NCBI GenBank assembly: GCA_050613775.1 | Contig: JBODTK010000107.1 | Span: 372,001 to 436,000, forward strand | Reading direction: 5' to 3' | Length of the DNA stretch: 64,000 nucleotides | DNA from: Neocallimastix sp. 'constans' | Taxonomy: Eukaryota | Shown: in pieces, positions 41,730-55,107 of the stretch | Numbering within the stretch: the stretch's first letter is position 1 | Layout: each line of letters begins with the position of its first letter | Notes under the pieces: generated by a model | Told to the model about the DNA's origin: nothing | The model's database searches: none | What the model saw: only the letters and a program-made list of their open reading frames with translations | Made by a program: the position numbers and the translations under genes

Positions 41730-42190
41730 ATATTTTTATTAATAAAATAAAATGATTGAAAATTAAATAAAAAAAATATTTATATTATATAGAAAAAAGG
41801 AGAATAAATATAACAATTTAAAATATTTATATATATATTTATAAATATATATCTTATTTATTCAAACTACAATTATACTATTAATTAAAAAAACTAAAAA
41901 TTAAATTTTAATTTTATTAAAATAAAATTAGTCAATAAAAGCTTTTATCGATACTTTTCTTAATTACGTTTTTAATAATATATTTTTTATTAAATAAAAC
42001 AAAATAATTGAAAATAAAAATGATAAAAATAAAAAAACATATATATTAAATATAATAAAAAGTAAGATAATTTAACAATTTAAAAATACAATTAATTAAA
42101 AAGGAAAAATTTAATTTTGATTTTATTTAAATAAATTAATCAGTAAAAAAATTTTTTTTGGAATTTTTTTTTAAATTACATTTTTATTAG
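41730..42190. repeat. Degenerate tandem duplication (about 210-250 bp units) upstream of the SET gene
   Basis: Collinear blocks TTGAAAAT..TAACAATTTAAAA..TTAATTAAAA..TTTTATT.AAATAAA..TCA.TAAAA..AATTAC.TTTTTA occur twice. Confidence 0.5.
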
Positions 42191-43141
42191 TAACATATAT
42201 ATTAATATATTACTTTTTAAAGAAAATATATATATGATTCATATATAAATTTTTGATAAAAAATAGATCTAAATTTATATTGCTAATACTCTATATATAA
42301 CAGATTGAAATTGTTAAATCAATTTAACGATAATATAATACTAATTACTATTAGTTAATGATTTCAAGTAGGAATACGCAGCATTATAATTTATTTAGTA
42401 TTTAAAATAAAAAAAAAAGCATTAATTTATTAATAATACTATTAGATTTTAAATTTGTACTTTTAAAATAACCAATCAAATATAATATATATAAATTTAT
42501 TTATTCATTATTTATTTATTCATTATTTATTTATTTATTTATTCACTATTTATTTATTAATATATATATTTATTTATTCATTATTTATTTATTTATTATT
42601 TATTTATTTATTATTTAATTTTTATTATTCATTCATTCATTTTATACCATGAATTAAAAAGAAAAAAAGGAAATCATTTATTCATTTAAATTATTAATAA
42701 ATAATTTTTTATTTACAATTTTTTTAATATTTATTTATTATATTGAGTTTTACTTAATTTATATTAATATCAATATAAATAAATCAATACAATAATCTAA
42801 AAAATATTAAAAAAAAAAAAAAACGTATTTAATTTACTATTTGTAAAATATTTAATAAAAAGAAATTCCTTTGTTAATGCTTTGTTTATAATATTATATT
42901 CATTTTTTACAGAATTTAAATTTTTTATATATTTATAGTAATATAAATTTATAATGATATTATTCAAATTCTATCATTTATTTAAAATATTTTTCTTTAC
43001 TCTTAAAAAAAAAAAAAATTTATATTTTCCTTTTCTATTTAAATATATAAAATATTTGAACATATATTTAAAAGTATGTAATATTGTTTAATTATAATAT
43101 ATATTTAATATAATAAAAAAATTTAAATTTTTTTTTTCAGA

Positions 43142-43300
43142 CGCAATTATTACGAACTTTAAATTTTATTTATATATTCATATATTAATATGAATATTTT
43201 TATTAAAAAAAAAGCATAGAATTAGAAAAAAAAATAAATATTATTTGTCCAATTAGAACAATAATATTTTAAATAATAATATGAAATAAAAAATAATTAA
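43142..43300 (+). repeat. Dispersed repeat, copy 1 (copy 2 at about 49577-49750)
   Basis: CGCAATTATT(A/G)CGAACTTTAA ... ATGAATATTTTTA ... AAATAAATATTATTT.TCCAATTAGAACA is shared with 49577-49708. Confidence 0.75.
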
Positions 43301-43398
43301 TGATACTATAAAATTAAATTTAAATTTACTCTCACTCTCATCCATTGTTACAATATTAATAATTATGAAGGATTAGATTAAGCTAAAAGCAATACAAC

Positions 43399-43499
43399 AG
43401 GAGAGTTGCATTTCGCCAAGGTGGAGTATTGATATAGATAAATAAATAAATTAAAATTTTTTTAAACTTGTTTTTATTCTATAGTAATAATATCTAATT

Positions 43500-43555
<56 letters not shown>

Positions 43556-43587
43556 AAATTTTCAATTTGGCGAAATGCCCCACTCCC
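43399..43587. mobile_element. MITE with 21-bp TIRs and 9-bp TSD, related to the 19997 MITE
   Basis: Left end AGGAGAGTTGCATTTCGCCAA versus reverse complement of the right end GGGAGTGGGGCATTTCGCCAA; TSD CAATACAAC at 43390-43398 and 43588-43596. Confidence 0.88.
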
Positions 43588-43596
43588 CAATACAAC

Positions 43597-43675
<79 letters not shown>

Positions 43676-44399
43676 ACATTTAAATTTCTTTGTACCATTT
43701 ATAAATTTTATTTCATTTTATTTTATTTTTCTAAATTTATAATAAAATTTATTTATTTTTATTTATAAGTTTTATTTAATTTTTTGGTTAAAACTTTTTT
43801 TTAATTTGATATATTTTCAAAGCTTTTCTAAATTTAAGAATTGCATTTTAATAATATTATTTTTAAAAGTTATTATAAAATAGTTTATAATTAATTTTAA
43901 TTTAAAATTATTATTATTTACTTCATAAAATTACTATACTAATCATCTAAAATAAAAAAAAGGGATAATTTGTATATTTTTAAATTTTAAATTTTAAAAT
44001 ATTCATATTATCCACATAATTATTATAGTAATTCATTATTGTCAATTATTATTGCTAATTTTTTTTTATAATAATATTAATATTACATTTAGTATATTCA
44101 AAACTAAAAAGTATTGTTAATATTATTAACATTATTGTTAATTTGTTATTATTATTCTTATTACATTGTTATATTTATAATAATATAATCAAAGAAAAAA
44201 CCCTTTTTTTAAAAAATTATCAGAATATACTTCAAATATTATTTTAATTTTAATTTTAGTTTTAGTTATTAATAAAAAAAATTAAAAAAAAAAAAAAAAA
44301 AAAAGTTTGCTATAATATTAAATAAATAATTAATTAAGAGATAAATAAATTTATGATAATAATCAAATGAAACATAAATTAAAAATGATTATTGCTTTA

Positions 44400-44444
<45 letters not shown>

Positions 44445-44782
44445 ATATGTATGTATATATATATATGAGAACTAATGAGTTTAAACTAGCATGTTTTTTT
44501 TTTGTTTTGTTTTGTTTTGTTTTGTTTTAGTATATGATATTAGTTAATTTGAAGATAAACAAAAAAAACAAAAAAACAAAAAAAAAAAAACATAACAAAA
44601 GTCACGAATAAATTAATAATTTTTTAAAGTAAAACTATTAGTAAACATAATTTATATTATAAAATCTATGTTTTCTAAAATATACTAAAAATTTCATTAA
44701 AACTTTTTCATTAATTATACATAAAAAATATCAATAATTATTTTTTTTTTGAAAATATTGGGCATTAATGATATTAATCTAT

Positions 44783-47106
44783 TCATAATAAACTATTAAA
44801 CCAACTTTCTAGATGTTCTTTTATAAATAAATTTTGATAAGTTAATTCATATGGTTGTTCCTTTTTTACTACCTTCATTATATCTCTTTGATTTTTTTCA
44901 TTTTCCCATATTTCATTATGAGAATATCTATTATCATATCCAAAAGACGCCATATAATCATTTTTTACTGGTTGTGGTGGAACATAATCTTTCCATTCAT
45001 TAACTGGTGTTATCGATTGTGAATTTGTATAATCATGATAATAATTATTACTAGAATAAAAATTACTTTGATCATGTTCGAAATAATCATCATTACTTTC
45101 TGGATCTTTTACAAATGGAGCGTCTGTGAGAATTGAATGATTGTAATCGTTAAAACCATTAGTAGTTATAATATCTCTTTCTTTTATATCGTCAATAGAA
45201 ATATCTTGATTTTTAACGTTATCTTCAACTTGTGAATGGCTTATATTATTTAAATTAAGTTTTTCTTCTGTCATTTTAATACCATCTTTAACACCATTAA
45301 TTATAGATGCACCAGTTGCAGCTGTAAAATTAAATAAAGTATTTTTTGAAGTAACAAAAATAGACATCTTTCTTGGTTTTTCTTTTTTAGTTACAGATTT
45401 CCATTTAAATATATCCCAATTAATTAATTTTAAAATTAAATCATATTTTAATTCTTGTTCATGAATAGATAAATGATGATTATCAATATTTGGTATAATA
45501 TTATCTAATGTTAAGATACCATCCTTCATCATCATTTCTAATATACAATCTTTTAAATGTTCTATTGGTGGAGTAATATATGGATTATCTAAAGCTGACA
45601 TTGGATCAAATCCTGGTGTTTCCTTAAAGAATTTTTCAACTTTATTTACTTGTTCACTTCTCCTAATGTTTATAAATTTGTCGACAGAAATATTTGACTG
45701 ACGATAATCTTCAATTTCATTGAAATTAGATGAAAAGTATTTAATAAACTCAACTGCTGATTCTTTAGTAAATTTGAACTTTTCAGCAATATCAGAATTT
45801 ACTTGCTCTAATAAATATTTTTGAACAGTTTTTGGGTTCATTAATTCCATTGATTTAAAATCAAGATTTTCTTCATATCCTTTGACTATTATAGAATAAA
45901 AAAAAAAAAAAAAAAAAAAAAAATTAGTTATATATAATAGTTAGTAATACCATAAAGTACTACCAAAATTTAATATTTTTAATGAATATAAAAATAAATA
46001 ATATTTTTTATCTTACATTTTCTTAAAGCAGAAATTAAAGATTGACCTGAGTTACATAAAATAACTTCTAATAAACCATTTTTTTCATTTTTTAAAAGCC
46101 AAGCGAAAATTTCATTTATCTTATCATATTGACTAATATTTGATTCAGAATTATTAAATAATAAATTAATATTTTTAATAATTAAAGTTACTGGATAACT
46201 TTTTGATTTTACAACTTTTAATACAGTTTCAATTTCATCTAATTTTTCTTCCAATCTTCCACTTAAAGTTTGATTTGAAAATGATTCCTCTGAAAGACAA
46301 CGAGATGAAACTGATGAACTTGATGAAGAAGATCCTAATCTAACATATTTATTAGAGGCATCATCTATTAATTAAATAATAAAATGTTAATATAATAATA
46401 ATAATAAAAGGGAAAAAAAATATTATTTTTATTTAGTTTTTTATAACTGCTTGAATTATTAATTTTTAAATACTAATAATACCAATAATGATTATATTAA
46501 ATAATGATTAATTTCTTATTTATATTTACCTAAAGAAAAATAACCAAAAACATTTAATATGGCATATACTAATTGTTCACTATCTCCGGTATAAACTGTT
46601 TTATCTTGTTGATAAAGCATTGAGAAATAATCATGTAAATCAAGATTTAAAATAATCTTATTATGTTTGTGTTCTTGAATAGCCCAAGATTGCAAAGCAT
46701 ATCTTACTCCGTATCCAGGTGGAGATTCAAATAAAAGAATTCTTCCTTTATTTTTATTATCTTGAATTTGTTTTACTATATGTTTTATATTATCTTTAAA
46801 TAATGGTAATCTCAATTCATTTTCAAGATCTTCAGTTAATACAGGTTCATGAGCAACAACATATCTTAACATTTTTCTAGTTAATCTTTTAGTTTGTTTA
46901 GATTTAAATTCATTCAAATAGAGCATTCCATATTCATTAAGACGATAATGCTCAGCAAAAGCTGCCATTTTTTTATTTCTTTTATGGATATAATGAATAG
47001 CATATGTTAAACTACTAAATAAAACAAAAGAAGTAGTTCCTATAATAACTTTTTGCTTATTATTAAGGGTTGCAAGTCTATTTGCCTTTTCTATATTCGA
47101 TTCCAT
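44783..47106 (-). CDS. Hypothetical membrane-anchored protein with a degenerate P-loop NTPase-like region; 3 exons (about 47106-46528, 46365-46017, 45886-44783)
   Basis: N-terminal TM helix VIIGTTSFVLFSSLTYAIHYI; strand and loop GRILLFESPPGYGVRYAL; Walker-B-like VTLIIKNI. The ORFs join through GT-AG introns. Confidence 0.65.
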
Positions 47107-47301
47107 TTTTAATATAAATATTTATAAAAAAAATCAATAAATTGGTATGTTTTTTTTTTTTTTATAAAAAAAAAAAAAAAAAAAGAAAAAAGGATCGTTT
47201 ATGAGTCAATAATATTTATTATTATTGGAAATTTAATGTAATTTCAATTTTATAATTTCAAAATTAGGAATATTAATATATAAATATTATTTTTATTTTA
47301 T

Positions 47302-47343
<42 letters not shown>

Positions 47344-48745
47344 TGGATTAATTGGGAAGGCTAAAATAAAATCAAGCTAATATTTATTATATTTTTGTAA
47401 ATTTTGATTAAATTATAATAATTTTAATAAAATAATGATCAACTCTTATAGCCCTTTCTCTAAATTAAAAAATATTTAAATATTTAAGAAGGTAAAATAA
47501 ATTATAAATTATATGTTAATACATTTATATAAATATTATATATTATTTATTTATTTTATCATTTTTTATATTATAATAAATTAATTTATGTTTTACAACT
47601 TTATATTACATTTCATTTATATATAAATAATACTAATATTAATATTTGTAATATTATTCTAATTATCATTAAAATAAATATTAAATTATTAATCTATTAA
47701 CTACGTAATATTCAATATTTTTTTATTGACTTTTAAAAACAATTATCTTTTCTGCACTAACTATAAACAATATACATTTATAATTAAAAAAAAAAAAATA
47801 ATAAGTTATTTTTTTTTATTTATTTTTATTATTTAATTTCTTTCCTCCTTTTTTAAAGAAAAATAAAAAAAGAATATTTGTTATATTTACTACATAAAAA
47901 TATCGATTTAGTTCTCAATTTTTTTTTTTTTTTTTTTTTTTAAATGTTTTTTTTTAAAAAAAAAAAAAAAAAAAAAACTAAAAATATATATTAAAATAAG
48001 AAAAAAAAATAAAAAAAAAAAATAAAAAAATTAATAAATAGTATTTGAATTATAATATTATTATTTACTTAATATGCATTAATTTACATTAATTTATATA
48101 TATATATATATTTATACTTTTCTTTTCTTTTTTTATGAATAAAACTATATAAATAATACCTAATTAATGTTTTATATATTACTTATATAATTTAAATAAT
48201 TAAGCCTTTATATCTTAATTATTAAATCATATAAACGTATTAAAATAATAAAATATATATATTGTATTTTATAAATTATATTATCTTTTTTTCTTCTAAA
48301 AAAAATATTATGAAAGATTCTCCACATCATATATAATATATTATTTTTCATACATTATATATTATAATATAAGGATAAATATATTAAAATATGAATAGGT
48401 CGATATTTTTTCTTTTTTTGGTTTAATTAAAGTGTATAAACCAAATTTCTTTATTATTTATGATGATATACTTAATCTTTATATACGTTAACCTTATTTA
48501 AACTAATATTGATATTGATTCCTGTGAAACATCGTACTGTATTGAAGTTTTTTTTTGATTTTAAAATGTTACACAATAATATAAATTTTCATAATCAAAT
48601 ATATTTAAATATTATATTACAGTAATATTATAAATATATATAAAAATATATAAAAATAGATATATATATCTTATTAGATTAGAGTTTTATATGTATTCAG
48701 CATACATGAATTAAATATTATTTATAATTATTTAAATATTTAAAG

Positions 48746-48967
48746 TCTTTCCAATTTTTATCCTGGTGGTTAGTACTTAGGGATTAACACACATAAGATT
48801 AATGATTGACCCTGCGCATGTCTTTTTAATATATATGGGATATTTTCTCTCTACCCTGGGTTTTCACTATATATGAGGCTGGAAGTTCACTCGTCATGGT
48901 ATGATTTACAAATAGTCTCGGACTCAGACCTTGTGTTAAAGTTTTGCGTACTTAGGATGAGGAAAGA
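48746..48967 (+). other. About 220-nt GC-enriched fold-back island (candidate structured RNA or decayed inverted-repeat element)
   Basis: Nested complementary blocks run from the ends inward: TCTTTCC/GGAAAGA, TTATCCTGG/TTAGGATGA, GTAC/GTAC, TTAACACA/TGTGTTAA, CATG/CATG, ATATATA/TATATAT. Confidence 0.45.
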
Positions 48968-49576
48968 ATATTATAATATTTAATTTTAATTTTGCTATAA
49001 TTTATTTTTTAATAACTAATATATATAAAAAAATGTTTATAAAAATATTTTTATTTTTAACAATAAAAAAAATATATTTAATTATTTATTATTTATTCAT
49101 ATTTAATTATTTATTTTGAATAAAATAATATTAACTATTCAGATTTTTTGACATTTTTAATGTGTTTATAATAATGTTTAATTTTTTAATGTCTAATATT
49201 GAAAATAATTATAATTATTATTCATTATTTATTTACTTATTTTGTTTTTAATTGAATTAAAAAAAAAAATTATGGCTTTAAATTAATAATTAAAAATGCT
49301 ACATTACAAAATGTATCATATACTTAAATAATATATATAATTAATTAAAAAAAAATAAGGCTTAATATTTTTTTTTTCATATATTACATTATATATTATA
49401 TATTCAATATAAAATAATATATTTTTGTATTATCTTTATATTTAACACAATAAATGATTTAGTTTAAAAAATTATTTATATATAAAATAATTTATGTAAT
49501 ATAAATGATGCTATGTATTAAAATTAAAATAATATAATATATTAATAATAATTAAAAAATTTTTTTTTTTTATATC

Positions 49577-49750
49577 CGCAATTATTGCGAACTTTAATCT
49601 GTATTTATTTTTTCATTTATTAATTACATGAATATTTTTAATTTTAATAAAAAATAAATAAACATATAATTAATAAAATAAATAAATATTATTTTTCCAA
49701 TTAGAACATAATAATATTTAAAATAGTAATGTAAAATAAAAAGTAATATT
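49577..49750 (+). repeat. Dispersed repeat, copy 2 (abuts the 3' end of the LINE)
   Basis: Collinear similarity to 43142-43300. Confidence 0.75.
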
Positions 49751-49784
49751 CAAAATAAAGTGTATAAATAAATTCAGAAAAAAA

Positions 49785-51985
49785 TTCCAATGCAACGAAC
49801 CTCATTTCCTTATGGATAAGGGCTTGAATTGAATATCTGAAAGAAATTATAGTCTTCTCCTTCAGAGGCATTGGCCCTGTTAGCCTGTCTTACTACATTT
49901 TCAGAGTTGACGTTCATGGTTAGTGTGTGCTTATACTCTCGGAATTGTAACCCTTGTCGAGCATTAGCCCGAGGCATAATTTCTGTAAAGAGAACCGAAG
50001 ATCGCGCCAAGAATGACGTTTTTGAATAATCACCAGAAATGATTTGGTTCTTAAACAAAACACCTCATTCCTTTTTATAATTTAAAACAACAATATCTGT
50101 ATCTCTTCCACCAAGAAGGAAGTTATATTATTGGTACCACGTCTCATAAATATGTACATACTCATTATTCAGAAAATTATTTAAATTAACACGATTTTCA
50201 CCAACTGAACTATTCACTATATCATTAATAACGATACTATTATTTTCACTATCACTAATACTACTATTATTAACAGTATTATTCCTATTTTTATTATTAA
50301 TATTATATACTTCATTACTACTATCAGAATCTGTAATTGATTCAATATTATTAACATCTATGACAACAGTGCTTACACTATCATTTGATACTGGGCAATA
50401 ATTGGAAATTATAAAAAATTTTTCATAAAGAATTTCAATTTCCTTAAAATATTTCATTCAAAAATTCACGGAAAAGATAGCATTTAAAAAACCAATGTTC
50501 CAATCGAGGATTACTATTTTTTTTATAACAACAAGGACACCTTTCTGGACAGTAGTATTCAATCATTTTGGAAGCTTTGGCAATACGACCATCGAATTTA
50601 TATCCACATCTGGTATAAAGTATTCATCGGAAGTTAATGCTAAATTCAAGATACTTGAAGTTGAGCAATAAGTATTCTAGTTATAACAATTTGATAGATC
50701 GCCCTTTTTATGAATAGAAACTATCGATGCGTTATTCCATGATTTCGGAAAATCACCATTCCAAATACGATTGATTAAGGCTTTAAGACATTTAAAGTCA
50801 GATGAAATATTACTATTATTTTCACTAGATTCTTCTGAATAATCCTTACCAGGAATCAAAGCTTTGAAGAATTCCATTGGAATATCATCAGGACCACAAG
50901 CTTAGGCATGTATGAAATTGTTTCACTAATTTCTTCATCGCTAATATCTTGGCTAATTTCCCATTCTTGTTGCTTTGAACTTGCCAAATTTTTAAGTGCC
51001 TCAGAATCTTTTCAGAAATCTTTAGAAAGACTATAACCTGAAGAATCTGACCCTAAGAATTTATAATGAGAATGCCAAGATTTAATTTTTCATCTGTAGA
51101 AGAAACAAGTTCATTATTATTGTTTTTAAAGGATGAGAGCTAGTGAAAGATTGATTATTTTTTTTTTGCATTCTTTTTTACCCATTACCATACTTTCCTA
51201 CATTCATTTCTAAGAGCTATAGAACATCCAATTTTAATCCAATATAAATATTATTTTTTCCAAAATTTGTTACATTTTTTATTAATTGATTCACAAAGTC
51301 TATTATACGAGTCAACAATTGTAGTAAATTCATTGGGATCACTTGTAGATTTATAACCCTTAATTTGTTTATATTTTATATGTTTTACCTTTTGAAGACA
51401 ATAAATTTTGAGTGGCATTCTAAACATCGCTTTTCTGATTTCTGTTGACGATATATTTTCAATTGTACAATCAACTGAAAATTCTTCATTTCTTAATTAT
51501 TCACTAAGAATATCATATTTTTGTGATCACATATTTCTTTTTTATGTTCAAGACATTTATACTTATCCCACCTAATAATTTTTTTGGTAACAAAAATGAT
51601 TCATTTATTATTTATGGTAGTTTTCTTGCAATAAATACAAGCGGCTTGTGATTAGATATAGAAGGATAATCAACAAAATAAGCACTTGATATTTTATCCA
51701 GTATACTTGAGTTGATTAGCGCGTTATCAATATCTGACGAATATCTACCTCTAGTCCATGTAATTAGTGAACCATTAATAGGAAGAATAAACCAGTTATC
51801 AAGGTTACTGTTGGTTAATTTATCATGTAAATCAGCGGTGCTCATGTTAAAGTCTCCAAGAAGAATAGGTGGATAATTGGTGTAATTCTGAAGCCATGTG
51901 AAAACTTTAGAGAATGCATATCAGACTAGTAATGATTGTTTCCTAATAGGAATATAGACATTAACTACAGAACACATAGAATAAT
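49785..51985 (-). mobile_element. Decayed non-LTR retrotransposon (LINE) with APE endonuclease and N-terminal RT remnants; stops, frameshifts and apparent loss of the RT core
   Basis: APE motifs NVYIP, LLGDFN, TWTRG..SDID and SNHKP (SDH-like). RT-entry motifs CGPDDIPMEFFK and IWNGDFPKSWNNASIVSIHKKGDLSNCYN*. I saw no YADD motif downstream. Confidence 0.88.
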
Positions 51986-52488
51986 ACTATAGAAAAATAC
52001 ATATTCAAAATAATGCTAAAGTAAAAAATACAATAGATTCATTTCAATGATTATATGTAGAAACCACATGATATTATTAACTATACCACTCCAATAATAC
52101 TGCATATTCAGCTTAAAACAATATAAAACATCAGATTCACTTTCTACAGTATCTTCCAAATTTCCAATTTTCTTTCTTAGTACTAGAAGCCACTTTAGGA
52201 AGGATAACCATCTATTATCATCAGAATCACAAAAAACTGTAATTAGTACACCTGAAATAGGTTGTTCCTTTTCGATCAACCCTCCATGGACCTGGAAAAA
52301 TAGTCCCATATCATTGAGGTAAAAAAAAAAAAAAAAATACATAAATATATTTTTGATATTTAATAATTTCATAAAAAGAATTAAAATAAAAAAAAATTTT
52401 TTTTTACTATATTTTTTTCTTTTAGTTTTTTGTAAATATATACATATTTACATATACATATATGGCTCCCTTTATTTTACACAATACC

Positions 52489-52519
<31 letters not shown>

Positions 52520-53064
52520 AATTCATTTTATTTTAACTATTTCATTGCAAAATTTCATAAATATATATCTCATTAATTCGATTTTTCATTTTCTTTTATA
52601 TGATAAAATTATTTCATGAGAGAAAAATTACAAAGAAAAATTACATGTATCAGTCTTAAAATATTAATAAATAAATAAATAAATAAATAAATAATATAAT
52701 ATAGTAATAATACTAATAACAGAATATAGTACCTATAATAATTAATATATATTATTAAGACTCTCATAGAAATATAGATATTCATTAATACTAAAAATAC
52801 TAAAAATATAAAATTAAAAATAATGTTTTTATTATTTTATTATTATAAAAATATTAATTTATTATATTAAGATTCATAAAATAATTATATAATGAATATA
52901 ATTATTTAATGAGGTAATACTTAATTATTTTTATTATATATGAACGAAAATAGTTGTTTATTTAATATATATATATATATATATTTTTTTTTGTTGATAT
53001 ATGTAATTAATTAATTATTATTATATAATTTATTATTTATTTATTTATTTATTTTTTATAATTA

Positions 53065-53106
<42 letters not shown>

Positions 53107-53272
53107 AAAATATTTAAAAATAAAAATATTTTAAAATTATATTAGTTAAAATTGCTAATATTTTTATTATTACTGGTATTAATGATTAATTCACTTTGAT
53201 TTGATAAATACTTTCAATAGATTTTTTTTTTTTTTTTTCATAACATCAAATTCCAAGAACTTATAAATTATC

Positions 53273-53832
53273 TTATAAAGAATTGATAATTTCATTAACT
53301 TCTTCTTCACTATAAATACGGAAACCCTTGTCAGGTGTAACTGAACATAATTGTACATTGACAGAGTTTACTTTTTCTTCCATAACTTGTTTCAAAACCT
53401 TTAATGATAGTGCTTCAGCTTCCTTTAAAGTTAATGACTACATAATCAATATTAATATAAAAATATTATTTATATAATATATACATATAATAGATAAAAA
53501 TTAGAAAAATATTATTAAAAATTAGTTCATCAAATAATAAAATAAGATATAATGATTTCAATAGTAATAAAATTTATACAACCTTGTGATAGTTTTCTTG
53601 TAATTCTGTTTGAGCACCTTCTGAACCAGAACCAATAGCCTTAGCCTGGTATTTAGTGAAGGTACCAGATGGGTCGGCATGGAAACTAATTTATTAATTA
53701 CAAAAAATTATTTTATTTTGTATATTATATAGATTAAATATAAATAAATATAAATAAATACATATTTAATAATATTGACTTTATAATAATAATAATAATA
53801 GCTATAATTATTACTACTACGACTATTATTAC

Positions 53833-53895
<63 letters not shown>

Positions 53896-55064
53896 AAAAT
53901 CTTTTACTATTATTATTATTATTATTATATGATTATTACAGTTGTGGACCATTTTCATCACAACCAGCAATTAATAAAGCAACACCAAATGGACGACTCT
54001 ATTAATTTATAATGAAATATATATATATATATATATTATTTTAAATTATTATTTTTAATTTATTATAATATTAGTATTAGAATTATTAGAATTGAAACTA
54101 TTAGAATTATTGTTTATTAAAACTTTTATTATAATTATAATTATTTTCATTTTAAGAAACACTATTTCACATTTTATTTGATTATTAATTAAAAATAATA
54201 TTTTAATCAATAATACTTACCATAATAGATTCTTCACCTTGAGCACCTTCACCAAATCTTAAAGCAAGATCACAAATAGCTTGGGTAATACTTTCAACTT
54301 TAATTGGTTCATCATATACGAAAGTATGATTCTTTAATTAATATATAAATATATAGATTTATATAATAAAAATATATTTATTCATTTACTCTCACATCTT
54401 TTAATAATAATAGGATATTAAAATTTATGAATGTAATAAAAATAATATTTTTCATTTGAGTTTATATGAATAATTATAAAATATTTACTTGAGCTTGAAC
54501 TCTAGCATGATCAATCATAGTTCTAGCATCAGCATTTAAACCTGACATAGCACAACCTAAATGAGAATCAATTTCTAAAATTTTTTCAATAGAACTTGGT
54601 TCCAATAAAGTTGAGGTAATACGCTTTTCAACAGCAAGAATAACACCTTCTGAGGTTTGAATACCAATGGCAGTTGAACCCATCTTTTACACATACAATT
54701 TATTTAATTTATTATTTTGAAAAATACAAAATTTTGAAATAAAATTTAAATATTCATTTAGTTATATAATATTATTATTAATATTTGTTGCAAATATCAT
54801 AAATCCATTCTAAATTTTCCAAATTATAATAAAATATTAATTTTAAATTAAAAAGCAATATAATATATATAAATTGAAATTTAAATAAATTGAATGTATA
54901 ATACATTTTTTTATTGATCATTTTAATTTAATATATTTATTCTAAAAATTTAAAAACAATTTTGTATTATATCTGTTACTCTTGAAATGTTTTATATTAA
55001 TATTTAAAATATTGCTTATTAAATTTAACAGTTTATTTTTATTTTATCATTATTATTATTATTA

Positions 55065-55107
<43 letters not shown>

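Noticed and set aside
48874..48892. SRP helix-8-like AGGCTGGAAG
   Set aside because: It lacks the AGCA half of the SRP54-binding loop, and no Alu UGUNR motif was found.
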